A DNA stretch of 64,000 nt from Deltaproteobacteria bacterium (GTDB lineage: Bacteria; Desulfobacterota; JAENJC01): positions 14,270 through 78,269 of the forward strand of contig JAUSKU010000092.1 of assembly GCA_030646755.1 (NCBI GenBank), in the 5' to 3' direction. The position numbers and the translations under genes are program-made. Below the pieces are notes generated by a model. It saw only the letters and a list, made by a program, of their open reading frames with translations, was not told the origin of the DNA and did not search any database. Shown here in pieces: positions 26,823-35,141 of the stretch (the stretch's first letter is position 1; each line of letters starts with the position of its first letter).

Positions 26823-29558
26823 TCACTGCTTCGCGCCAAACGAACCTATTAGGGTCATCCCGGGACCGGGAGTGCCACTCTGGACGTGGCTGATCGTGAA
26901 TGTGCCCGCAATTTCATCAGCGTTCGCTCCGTAGAAATAACCATTCATGACCCGGGTACCTGCTCCTGGTGAGGTTATGGTCGTGGTACCTGCTGCGGGT
27001 ATGGAAAGTGTCGTTACTGTGGGGTCGGTGAAACTATTGCCGTTGATGGTACCGTTCACCGTGATGTCACCGAACGTAAGAGGGAGCCCCTCAGATGGCG
27101 CATATAAGGCATATGTACATGAAGAAGCGGCCACAGGCCACACACATGGGGTGATAGTAGACGCACCGGGAAGAGGAGTGATATTAGTAATTAGCCCGGT
27201 AATCGTGCCCGTGCCGCCGGTATAGCTAACGGTCAGGCTTACATCGCCGCTCACGTCATCAGAGCCACCAATGGGCGAGTGCGACAAAACGCCTGTCATC
27301 TTCCCGGTGTAGGTTATCGCAATGGGGTTCGGCATGGTGGTCGTCAGCGTGCCGCCGGCATACGCACTGTAGGTCATGACCGGGACTGGTGACGGCGGCT
27401 GGTTGGGGATGTCGTTCGTTATCGCCCACACACCAAAATCCGCAGAGGCCAACGGGATCGTGTTCCACAAGCTTGTGGCAGTCATAGATAGCGCAGGAGC
27501 ACCCGAAGCCAGTAAAATCGAGCTGGGTAGTGTGGCAATGGCTCCGACGAGGGTAGTCTCGGTGGGAGTGCTCGAAAGAGTGAATATGCTGTCGGGGGCG
27601 ACGCCGAAGGGGCCGGCAGTCACATTGGCAGTACCGCTATTACCACTGATAGTGCTGGTAAAGTCGGTCGACGTTTGTAGCGCGGTGGGAATCATGGCGA
27701 TCGTAGAAACTTGCAGCGTTGGCCCACCAGTCGCTGTGAAAGGGGTCGGGTTGGTCAGATTCTCATTGATGAAGGTGCAGGTGACGTTAGCCCCGGCCTC
27801 CAGATTCACGGTGAAGGTTCGGTTGAGTTGGTCCGTGAAGGTGGTCGTCGAGCCCGGAACCGCGACAAGACATTGAATGGAGGGCACGGTCCAGCCGCTC
27901 ACCGCGTCCTCGGTCACCGTGAAGTCGACACCAGCCGCAAGATTGATGAATGTTTTCGTGTTGGAAAGCGTGGTGTTTGTCGGGTCATCGTCCAGATCGA
28001 AGGCGCTCAGACCCGTTCCCACGGTGGTGAAGTGGAAGTCCTGCGGGCCATCGGGTTGCGCGTCCTTCACGATCGTGAGCGTGCCGGTGCCCGCCGTAGT
28101 CATGACGTTGACGAAGGTGCAGGTGACGTCAGACCCGGCCTTCAGAATCACGGTGAAGGTACCGTTGAGTGGGTCGGTGAAGATTGAGGCGCCCGGCGAG
28201 CCCGGGCTCATGGCCGAGCCCGGGATAGCGGCCGCGTCAGTGCATTGAATGGAGTTCACGGTCCAGCCGCTCACCGCGTCCTCGGTTACAGTGAAGGGGA
28301 CGCCAACCGCCGGTGTGAATGTCTTCGTGTTGGGAAGCGTGGCGTTTGTCGGGTCATCGTCCAGATCGAAGGCGCTCAGGCCCGCTCCCAGGGTGGTGAA
28401 GTGGAAGTCCTGCGGACCATCGGGCTGCGCGTCTTTCACGATCGTGAGCGTGCCGGTGGCGGGTATCGTCAGCTCCAGGCAGGCAGCCGACTCCGTGATG
28501 TTGCTGGTACCCGTTATTATCGCGAGCGCCACGGAGACCACATTGCCATTCACTGCCTGGATGGAGGCGGCGGCATTGCTTTTCACCGCCACGGTGAAGT
28601 TGCCGTTGGCGTTCGTCGTGGTAGATGCAGTACCGGTGTAGTCCGTACCTGTCGAGGTCACTAGAGCCCCCGCCACAGGATTGCCGTTGATGTCCTCAAC
28701 ACAACTGGTGTAGGTGACGGTCTCCAGGATCTGATCCGCGTTCCAGAAGCTGAAGTGGGTCACGCTACCTTCGTAGTACTGATTCGGTGCTGTGCCTTTC
28801 AGCGTCGCCGTGCCTTCTTGCACCCACAGCCCCGTGCTGGTATTGAAGAAGAACAGGGGGATGAAGTTGGGAAGTGTTTGACCCGGAAGCGAGGAGACCG
28901 GGATGCGGATAGTCGATGTCTGACCGCTGGCCAGATTGAGCGGGCTGCCGTTGGCATCGGTGAACGCCACATTGATGGCGCCAAAGCTTTCGATGGACAC
29001 GCTGGAGCCGCTCTGAGTAGTGGCGAGGTAATTGCCGGGCATTGTGCCAAGGTTGTTGGCAGGATCGATGGGCGTCACCTGCGCCGTCACCTGGCCGACT
29101 GGCAAACTGTTACTCGCAGTGCGCAGCCCGCCTGCGGGTAGCGTCACCTGCGCCGTGGAGTTCGGATCGCTGATGGTTTGTGCCACAGTTGGATCGAACG
29201 TCGCCGTGTGCGCCACGGCCAGCATGGGCACGTTGATAGACACCTGCGAACTGGAGGTGGTGTAGGCCGTCGTCGTGCGGTTCTGCGGAACGAAGCCAGT
29301 CTTGGCAAAGGTCACGATTAACGAAGATGCAGGACTCGCGCCGCTAAGTGTGTAAGCACCGCTGCTGTCCGTGATCGTGCTCTTGTTGCCCGCACTCACC
29401 TGCACACCCTGCACGCCGCTATAATTCGCGGCATTGGTGACGAAGCCGGAAATCGTGCCCGACGTCACGGGGGTGTCGCCTCCGCCGCCTCCGCCGCACC
29501 CTGCTACAATAACGGCTGATAGTAATCCCATAAAGCAGAACCTTAATAGCATCTTCAT
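26823..29558 (-). CDS. large surface lipoprotein with Thr/Ser/Gly-rich repeats and duplicated beta-sandwich-like domains
   Basis: The ORF is 911 aa. It has a lipoprotein signal (MKMLLRFCFMGLLSAVIVAGCGGGGGGD). An internal domain of about 120 aa is duplicated (TGTLTIVKDAQPDGPQDFHFTT...FDLDDDPTN...TVTEDAVSGWTV). Ala, Thr, Ser and Gly are strongly enriched. Confidence 0.7.
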   Translation of the reverse strand: MKMLLRFCFMGLLSAVIVAGCGGGGGGDTPVTSGTISGFVTNAANYSGVQGVQVSAGNKSTITDSSGAYTLSGASPASSLIVTFAKTGFVPQNRTTTAYTTSSSQVSINVPMLAVAHTATFDPTVAQTISDPNSTAQVTLPAGGLRTASNSLPVGQVTAQVTPIDPANNLGTMPGNYLATTQSGSSVSIESFGAINVAFTDANGSPLNLASGQTSTIRIPVSSLPGQTLPNFIPLFFFNTSTGLWVQEGTATLKGTAPNQYYEGSVTHFSFWNADQILETVTYTSCVEDINGNPVAGALVTSTGTDYTGTASTTTNANGNFTVAVKSNAAASIQAVNGNVVSVALAIITGTSNITESAACLELTIPATGTLTIVKDAQPDGPQDFHFTTLGAGLSAFDLDDDPTNATLPNTKTFTPAVGVPFTVTEDAVSGWTVNSIQCTDAAAIPGSAMSPGSPGASIFTDPLNGTFTVILKAGSDVTCTFVNVMTTAGTGTLTIVKDAQPDGPQDFHFTTVGTGLSAFDLDDDPTNTTLSNTKTFINLAAGVDFTVTEDAVSGWTVPSIQCLVAVPGSTTTFTDQLNRTFTVNLEAGANVTCTFINENLTNPTPFTATGGPTLQVSTIAMIPTALQTSTDFTSTISGNSGTANVTAGPFGVAPDSIFTLSSTPTETTLVGAIATLPSSILLASGAPALSMTATSLWNTIPLASADFGVWAITNDIPNQPPSPVPVMTYSAYAGGTLTTTMPNPIAITYTGKMTGVLSHSPIGGSDDVSGDVSLTVSYTGGTGTITGLITNITPLPGASTITPCVWPVAASSCTYALYAPSEGLPLTFGDITVNGTINGNSFTDPTVTTLSIPAAGTTTITSPGAGTRVMNGYFYGANADEIAGTFTISHVQSGTPGPGMTLIGSFGAKQ
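27765..28465. repeat. intragenic tandem duplication with a period of about 365 bp and about 2 copies, inside the lipoprotein gene
   Basis: Positions 27880-28130 are nearly identical to 28245-28465, for example ggtccagccgctcaccgcgtcctcgg and gtggtgaagtggaagtcctgcgg. A third partial copy sits at 27770-27860. Confidence 0.8.
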
Positions 29559-29703
29559 TTCTGAACCCTCCTTTTTATGGCTTCATGGCAATTTAGAAAA
29601 ACCGCTGGATACCGAAAATAAAAATGCCCTTCCCGTAAATTTACAGGGAAAGGCATTTTATACCCACCCGGGTATAAATAAAGATCATTAACGACGGTGC
29701 TAT

Positions 29704-29764
29704 GAGTTGAGTTGAGTTGAGTTGAGTTGAGTTGAGTTGAGTTGAGTTGAGTTGAGTTGAGTTG
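29704..29764. repeat. (GAGTT)12 pentanucleotide microsatellite
   Basis: The tract is a perfect tandem gagtt repeat. It lies 146-206 bp upstream of the lipoprotein start codon at 29558 and 70 bp downstream of the coiled-coil gene stop. Confidence 0.95.
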
Positions 29765-29785
29765 CAGTATGTATGCCATCTTTAT

Positions 29786-29830
29786 TCCCCTCACCCTAAC
29801 CCTCTCCCACAAGGGGCGAGGGGACTTTCC
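29786..29830. repeat. GC-rich palindromic element, copy 2 (TCACCCTAACCCTCTCCC-ACAA-GGGGCGAGGGG)
   Basis: It shares the core CACCCT(A/G)ACCCTC(T)CCC...GGGGCGAGGG with copies 4 and 5. Confidence 0.75.
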
Positions 29831-29833
29831 TTT

Positions 29834-30145
29834 TTACGCATGAACCGCCTTGCCCTTTATCTGCTTCACTTCTCTCGACGTTTCCAGCAATGCATCAGCA
29901 AGGGCGTTGACAGTAGTCTTTACATCGGACACATCGTCTTCCAGGACATCCATCCGGCCTTCGAAGTTATCCATTCTGCCTTCGAAATTGTCCATTCTGC
30001 CTTCGAGCCTGTCCATCCGGCCATCAAGTCTCTGTTGACCTTCTTTAAGAATAGTGACATCTTCTTTAAGCTCAAACTGGCCCTTTTTCAAGTCACCAAT
30101 GTCAGCCTTTATGTCCAACAGGATATTTATGATCCGTTCTTCCAT
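29834..30145 (-). CDS. small coiled-coil protein with heptad EGRMDNF repeats
   Basis: The ORF is 103 aa. It contains RMDRLEGRMDNFEGRMDNFEGRMDVLE, a 7-aa tandem periodicity reflecting a 21-bp DNA repeat. Confidence 0.5.
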   Translation of the reverse strand: MEERIINILLDIKADIGDLKKGQFELKEDVTILKEGQQRLDGRMDRLEGRMDNFEGRMDNFEGRMDVLEDDVSDVKTTVNALADALLETSREVKQIKGKAVHA

Positions 30146-30230
30146 ACATACACCTGTGTTTTTATATCCTTAAACTCGAATATATGTCAAGTTTTTTTAT
30201 CACCTAAAATAGAGGTTGATCTCCCGTTTT

Positions 30231-30332
30231 CCTCCTCCCCCTTGATGGGGGAGGATTGAGGTGGGGGTGAGGAACTATCGATAAGGTGCCCCCTCCCCTT
30301 CATCCCCTCCCGCCAGGGGAGGGGAGTTATTG
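30231..30332. repeat. GC-rich palindromic element, copy 3 (two stem-loops)
   Basis: It contains cctcccccttgatgggggagg and ccctccccttcatcccctcccgccaggggagggg. Confidence 0.7.
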
Positions 30333-30398
30333 TGGGTTGATATTTTCATGTCTATTTTTAAGTATCAAACGATGTTGCAACTCCAGCATGAAGCCCTC

Positions 30399-31406
30399 TT
30401 ATTTCTCTAAATAACACCCAAGCGTCGGCGTTGATCCTTCAAATGAGGAGTTTGCCTGCCTTATCCACTCCTCCTTCATGACAAATCTGGATGGATTCTG
30501 ATAATAGTTGTCAACTGCCGTCCTCAGGGTCTTTGTCACCAGGGCCACATAAGACTTTGTCCTCTGCCTTCCCTCTACCTTCAGTGCGTCAATCCCTGCA
30601 TCTGCAAGCTTTGGTATCAGTTCCATTATATTCAGTGATTCCGGGTCTTCGAAGGCATAAAAAGGCCTTCCGTCAACATAATAACGCCCCTTGCAGCATG
30701 TGGGATATGGGGAAGACTCATCTGGGCCGAGTTCATTCAGGCGGATGCCATTCAGGGTGATCCTGAGCTTGTCCTCCTTATTGTCGAACCTCACGAATCT
30801 GGACGGCGAGCAGACTCCCCCTGTGTTACAGGATACACCTGTTACGTATGATGAGAGATAACAGCGCCCCTCGACATTTATACAGAGTCCTCCCAGGGCA
30901 AAGACCTCCAGTTCAACATCTGTCTTTGACCTCAGTATCTTCATCTCATTAACAGTCATGACCCTTGGGAGGACAACTCTCTTGACGCCGAAGTTTTCTT
31001 TATAAAAGTTTATACTTTCTATATTGGAACAGCTTGCCTGGACGCTAAGATGGAGGTTCATATCAGGATACCTGTCACGGGCGTATCTCAATACACCCAT
31101 ATTTGCAAGAATTACGGCGTCAGCCTTGAGCTTATAGGCGTCGTCCACTGCCTGAAACCATATCTTTGCATCATCAAACTGGGGGAATGTATTTATTGCG
31201 ATAAAAACCTTCTTACCTCTCGCATGAGCGTATGCCACCCCTTCTTCTATGTCCTTTAAGGAAAAATTCAGCCCTTCGAAGTTCCTGGCATTGGTGGCAT
31301 TCTGAAATCCAAGATAGGCAACATCTGCACCATTATCAATGGCTGCCTTGAGCGACGGGAGACTTCCTGCAGGGCAGCATAATTCAAGTTTTTTCATAAT
31401 CGGCAC
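30399..31406 (-). CDS. peptidase U32 family protein (YhbU/UbiU-like)
   Basis: The ORF is 335 aa. The N-terminus MKKLELCCPAGSLPSLKAAIDNGADVAYLG is typical of the U32 family. Confidence 0.75.
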   Translation of the reverse strand: MPIMKKLELCCPAGSLPSLKAAIDNGADVAYLGFQNATNARNFEGLNFSLKDIEEGVAYAHARGKKVFIAINTFPQFDDAKIWFQAVDDAYKLKADAVILANMGVLRYARDRYPDMNLHLSVQASCSNIESINFYKENFGVKRVVLPRVMTVNEMKILRSKTDVELEVFALGGLCINVEGRCYLSSYVTGVSCNTGGVCSPSRFVRFDNKEDKLRITLNGIRLNELGPDESSPYPTCCKGRYYVDGRPFYAFEDPESLNIMELIPKLADAGIDALKVEGRQRTKSYVALVTKTLRTAVDNYYQNPSRFVMKEEWIRQANSSFEGSTPTLGCYLEK

Positions 31407-31624
31407 TCCCTAATGTACTTACAATTGACGGTTACATATAGCAAATAACTGATATTTTTACAAGAGACCAATACCACCCAGGGTAACATCAAAGTCCTTT
31501 GATGGATTCGGCCTGCGGCCTTAATCCACCCTACTTTCTCCAGGGAACTTTTTTCTTGATTTTTTTCGGCAATGTGATAAAGTGTCGCAATGCAATATCT
31601 ATGCGAAAGGAGGTGAACAATTAA

Positions 31625-31806
31625 TGCGTAAACTCTTGATTATGGCCGCTATGGTCCTTGCCATGGCTGTAACATTTGGCTGCAAGAAGGCTGAGGAACC
31701 AGCTCCTGCCCCTGTTGCCGCTCCAGTTCCAGAAGCTGCTCCAGCACCTGAGACTGCCCCAGCACCAGAAGCCGCTCCGGCTGCTCCTGCTCCTGCAGGT
31801 CATTAG
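31625..31806 (+). CDS. small Pro/Ala-rich lipoprotein
   Basis: An AAAGGAGG ribosome-binding site precedes the ATG at 31625. The lipobox is LAMAVTFGC and the mature part consists of (APxPE)n-like repeats. Confidence 0.55.
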
Positions 31807-31840
31807 TATGTTAGGGGCGTAATTGCGCCCCTACAAAGTA

Positions 31841-31871
31841 AAAAGGCCTGTATACATTACAGGCCTTTTAT
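31841..31871. terminator. bidirectional rho-independent terminator hairpin
   Basis: AAAAGGCCTGTATACATTACAGGCCTTTTATTTTTT has a perfect 9-bp stem flanked by A and T runs. It sits between convergent genes. Confidence 0.55.
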
Positions 31872-32726
31872 TTTTTCGTTCATACTGCCGGTGCGGTAAC
31901 CCTCTATATCAAGGGTTACATAGGTAAACCCTTCTTTCTTAAACACACTCACTACTTGTTCCTTTATATCCTTGTTCAAGAATAACTGTATCTCAGCCTC
32001 AGGAACTTCTATTCTCGCTAATTCCCCATGATACCTTACCCTGAACTGGCTGAATCCAAGCCTCTTTAAGGTATCTTCACAATTGCCGACCTTTTTCAGC
32101 TTATCAATCGTAATCTCTGTTCCATAAGGAAATCTCGAGGACAAACAGGCAAAGGAGGGTTTGTCCCAGGTAAAAAGCCCGAGTCCCCTGCTCAATTCCC
32201 TTATTTCGTCCTTGGAAAGTCCGGCCTCCATAAGGGGGCTCCTGACGCCTAATTCAATGGCCGCATCCCTCCCAGGCCTGTAATCCCTTAAATCGTCAGA
32301 GTTAGAACCATCCGCAACCCATGAGAAACCGAGATCTCCAGCTTTTTCCTTCAGCTTTTCAAAAAGCTCACTCTTGCAGAAATAGCACCTTTTTAGGTTG
32401 TTCTCGGAAAAGCCAGGGATTTCGAGTTCATTGGAGTCGAAGATGATATGCCTGACACCCATTTCGGCGGCAAGCCTTACTGCATCCGTTAACTCTGATT
32501 CAGGGTATGTAGGAGATGTGGCAGTAGCCGCAATAACCCTGTCACCGAGGGTATCCTTCGCGACTTTAAGGAGAAAGGTAGAATCAACTCCACCTGAAAA
32601 GGCCACTATAACAGAGCCCATTTCTTTCAAGATATGCTTGAGATGGAGAAGCTTCGAGTTTCGGGCTTCGGATTTAGAGTCAGGTATTTCCGATCGCTGA
32701 CCACTGTCTTGGAAGCTTTCCATCAT
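31857..32726 (-). CDS. PP-loop ATPase of the LarE/TIGR00268 family (ATP-dependent sulfur transferase-like)
   Basis: The ORF is 289 aa. It has the SGGVDS PP-loop and the CYFCK and FACLSSRFPYGT motifs. Confidence 0.7.
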   Translation of the reverse strand: MMESFQDSGQRSEIPDSKSEARNSKLLHLKHILKEMGSVIVAFSGGVDSTFLLKVAKDTLGDRVIAATATSPTYPESELTDAVRLAAEMGVRHIIFDSNELEIPGFSENNLKRCYFCKSELFEKLKEKAGDLGFSWVADGSNSDDLRDYRPGRDAAIELGVRSPLMEAGLSKDEIRELSRGLGLFTWDKPSFACLSSRFPYGTEITIDKLKKVGNCEDTLKRLGFSQFRVRYHGELARIEVPEAEIQLFLNKDIKEQVVSVFKKEGFTYVTLDIEGYRTGSMNEKIKGL

Positions 32727-33730
32727 ATCCTCATAGAGTCTAAAACTGACTCTTCTATTGGCGCCGTCACCGTGAGGTTCCCCGATGAACTCCCATTCTG
32801 ATATTCAACAGAAGGCATTTCATCGTCCTTTACCTTGCCGTATCTGAGGATTATGGAGCCTATCAATTCTCTATCTTCCTCGGTCAACTCTCCCTTTGCC
32901 AGAGCGACCGGCCCAGAAAATCCAGCAGCTTCGAAGAAAGTATCGCCATTGCCTTTGAATGCCAAAAGCTTCTTATTGTCGTCTTCATCCCTGCCGACTA
33001 TGACCTTAAGGTCACTGCTGACCCTGAAATGACGCCCTATTTGAAGGAGCTTCATCTCAGACCAGACATTCCTTTCTGAGTGGCCAAAATAGTCTTTGAG
33101 GCGTCTTCCAAAATTCTGATCTGTTAGGAGACACCCCCCGGAAGAGCATGGATAGTCCTCTACCTCAAACTCTTTAGCTATCTTTATCTGTTCCTTCCTT
33201 GATCTGCCTGATATGCCAAGCATCTTTTCTCTGTCAATTATTCCCATCTTTTCCGGTATAGTAATGGGCAGAAGCTTTGCAGAAAGAGGCCTGACTATCA
33301 GACCTTCAAGCCCAGCTTCTTTCTCTATTGTAAACATGGGGTCCCTTCTCTGGGACATCGGCCTCTGACCGAGGACCTCTCCTGTTATTATGAATGATGC
33401 CCCGACCTTCGGCAGAAGGTCCTTCGCCATCTGGAAGGAGAATATCCTGCAGTCGACACAGGGGTTCATCCCGCTTCCATACCCATATTTTGGATGCCTC
33501 ACAACCTCAAGGTACTCCAGCCCCTTGTGTACAACCTTTATATCCACCTGAAAATCTTCAGCCACCTTTATGGCGTGGGACTTACACCCCTCCCTGTCCT
33601 TACCATCACAATTACAGAAGGGTGACTTGAAGTTCAGCGCAACCACCTCAATCCCCTGTTCCAGCATAAGCTTTACAGCCAGTGTACTGTCAAGCCCGCC
33701 GGACAACAGGGCAATAGCCTTTTTGTTCAA
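32723..33730 (-). CDS. PP-loop ATPase, MnmA/ThiI-like putative tRNA thiolation enzyme
   Basis: The ORF is 335 aa. SGGLDS lies at residues 10-15, and NPCVDCRIFSF resembles the catalytic Cys region of MnmA. It overlaps the downstream LarE-like gene by 4 bp. Confidence 0.55.
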   Translation of the reverse strand: MNKKAIALLSGGLDSTLAVKLMLEQGIEVVALNFKSPFCNCDGKDREGCKSHAIKVAEDFQVDIKVVHKGLEYLEVVRHPKYGYGSGMNPCVDCRIFSFQMAKDLLPKVGASFIITGEVLGQRPMSQRRDPMFTIEKEAGLEGLIVRPLSAKLLPITIPEKMGIIDREKMLGISGRSRKEQIKIAKEFEVEDYPCSSGGCLLTDQNFGRRLKDYFGHSERNVWSEMKLLQIGRHFRVSSDLKVIVGRDEDDNKKLLAFKGNGDTFFEAAGFSGPVALAKGELTEEDRELIGSIILRYGKVKDDEMPSVEYQNGSSSGNLTVTAPIEESVLDSMRI

Positions 33731-33870
33731 TCCTAAACCTCCCTCTTTGGATGTTAGTGGTTAACATTTTCGATATACAGCTATAAATCTCTTTTAGAGT
33801 TTGGTACGAAGGTAACTCGAGTTGCATTAATACTGATTTTTAAGGAGTAGTGCAACGTATCGAAACCGCT

Positions 33871-34539
33871 TTATGGTCTTATTTCCCATACAAGCTCTCC
33901 TCTGCCTGGAGGGCCGGTCATCACAAACTTTACAGATTTAGTCTCATTTGTTATCAGCTGCCTCTGATCAAGCAAATTCAAGGGGAATTTCACAGAATAC
34001 CCAACGCTCCAATCATCGAAATACGGAAAAAACCGAGTGATGTTCGGCCCTTTCCCCTTGAGTTTTTTTATCTCCAGGGGAGATACCCTTTCACCCATTT
34101 CATTTACAAGGTAAAGGGCCCATATAGGCTCTTTTCTTTCCAAATCACTCCATTCCTGAATCGGGGTATGAATTGAAATAAAGAACTCATGATATCCCCT
34201 TGGGGCCTCTATCTCATCCTCAGCAAGTTTTTTCACCTTCTCTGTGTCAAGCATGTAAACTGTTGAATATTCTCTGACATAAGACTCCCTGAACTCTTCG
34301 GTCTTAAAGGTCGCGTTAATAAGCAATTTCGTTTCAAAATTACTATAAACTTTACCTTCCCTTGTCCATTTTTTAAGGACAGACCCGTATCCATTCTCAG
34401 TAGGCTTTGTCACCTTTTGGGTAGCGCAGGAGGTTAAAAGGAGGCAACAAATAACGTAAGACGTGAGACGTGAGACGTGAAACGTCTGATACCGAGCACT
34501 GACCACTGACCACTGACCACCGACCACTGTTTTCATCAT
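33871..34539 (-). CDS. hypothetical lipoprotein (start uncertain)
   Basis: The lipobox is LLLTSCATQ. The annotated N-terminus is translated from the heptamer-repeat arrays GACCACT and GACGTGA, so the true start is probably downstream, giving a protein of about 190-200 aa. Confidence 0.45.
   Translation of the reverse strand: MMKTVVGGQWSVVSARYQTFHVSRLTSYVICCLLLTSCATQKVTKPTENGYGSVLKKWTREGKVYSNFETKLLINATFKTEEFRESYVREYSTVYMLDTEKVKKLAEDEIEAPRGYHEFFISIHTPIQEWSDLERKEPIWALYLVNEMGERVSPLEIKKLKGKGPNITRFFPYFDDWSVGYSVKFPLNLLDQRQLITNETKSVKFVMTGPPGRGELVWEIRP
34459..34530. repeat. (GACGTGA)3 followed by (GACCACT)4, site 4
   Basis: The sequence is gacgtgagacgtgagacgtgaaacgtc...gcactgaccactgaccactgaccaccgaccactg. 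It lies between pyrE and the lipoprotein gene. Confidence 0.9.
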
Positions 34540-35087
34540 TTCCCTTCAACATCTCTCTTTGTAAACAACACTTCCAGATCGTAACCTGCCTCTTTGACAG
34601 CCTCCATTCCACCTTCCTCCCTGTCAACGAGGGCCAGGACCCTGACAACGTTGAACCCCTCTGCTTTGACCCTTTCAATGGCCTTGATCATGGAACCGCC
34701 GGTTGTCACCACATCCTCTACAACAGCTACATTGGCCCCTTCTCCCAGGTTCTTTCTACCCTCTATCCACTGGCCTGTGCCATGACCTTTAGGCTCTTTC
34801 CTCACTATAAACGCGGGAACAGGATTGCCCTCCATGTAACTCGTCATGGATATGGCTGTAACAATAGGGTCGGCCCCTAAGGTAGGCCCGCCAACGCCTT
34901 CTACCTGTTTGCCTTGCTTAAGCATACCATACATGAGCCTGCCTATCAAACAGGCACCCTCCGCATTAAGCGCGGTCTGCCGGCAGTCTATATAAAAGTC
35001 GCTCTCCCTGCCTGATGCAAGGGTGACCTTTTTCTTCTGGTATGATTTATCCCTGAGTATCTCTAAAAGCCTGGCTTTATCATCCAT
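34536..35087 (-). CDS. pyrE: orotate phosphoribosyltransferase
   Basis: The ORF is 183 aa. The PRPP-binding motif VAVVEDVVTTGGS is present, and the short-form PyrE architecture fits. Confidence 0.8.
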   Translation of the reverse strand: MDDKARLLEILRDKSYQKKKVTLASGRESDFYIDCRQTALNAEGACLIGRLMYGMLKQGKQVEGVGGPTLGADPIVTAISMTSYMEGNPVPAFIVRKEPKGHGTGQWIEGRKNLGEGANVAVVEDVVTTGGSMIKAIERVKAEGFNVVRVLALVDREEGGMEAVKEAGYDLEVLFTKRDVEGK

Positions 35088-35141
35088 AATGGAAATTAAA
35101 CCTCCGGTTACTGTAGGGGCAGGGATTGCCCCTACAAATAT

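Noticed and set aside
26563-26826. 87-aa minus-strand ORF in the 380-bp gap downstream of the lipoprotein gene
   Set aside because: It has poor composition and no ribosome-binding site, and it overlaps a strong terminator hairpin. It was treated as non-coding.
26947-29265. Multiple 70-170-aa + strand ORFs at 26947..27225, 27376..27876, 27711..28187, 27877..28248, 28245..28664, 28755..29141 and 29032..29265
   Set aside because: They are antisense to the high-GC, repeat-rich lipoprotein gene. Their duplicated peptides reflect the tandem DNA duplication. They have no ribosome-binding sites and no coding signal.
29762-30259. 165-aa + strand ORF beginning MQYVCHLYSPHPNPLPQGARG
   Set aside because: It starts in the GC-rich palindrome (the translated PLPQGARG is typical of such repeats) and runs antisense through the coiled-coil gene.
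10228-31406. An O2-independent ubiquinone module made of the two U32 peptidases (UbiU/UbiV-like) plus the UbiA prenyltransferase
   Set aside because: The three genes are dispersed (10.2, 24.7 and 30.4 kb). No SCP2/UbiT-like gene or other ubi genes are present, and U32 and UbiA families are both broad. The link is not supportable from this window.
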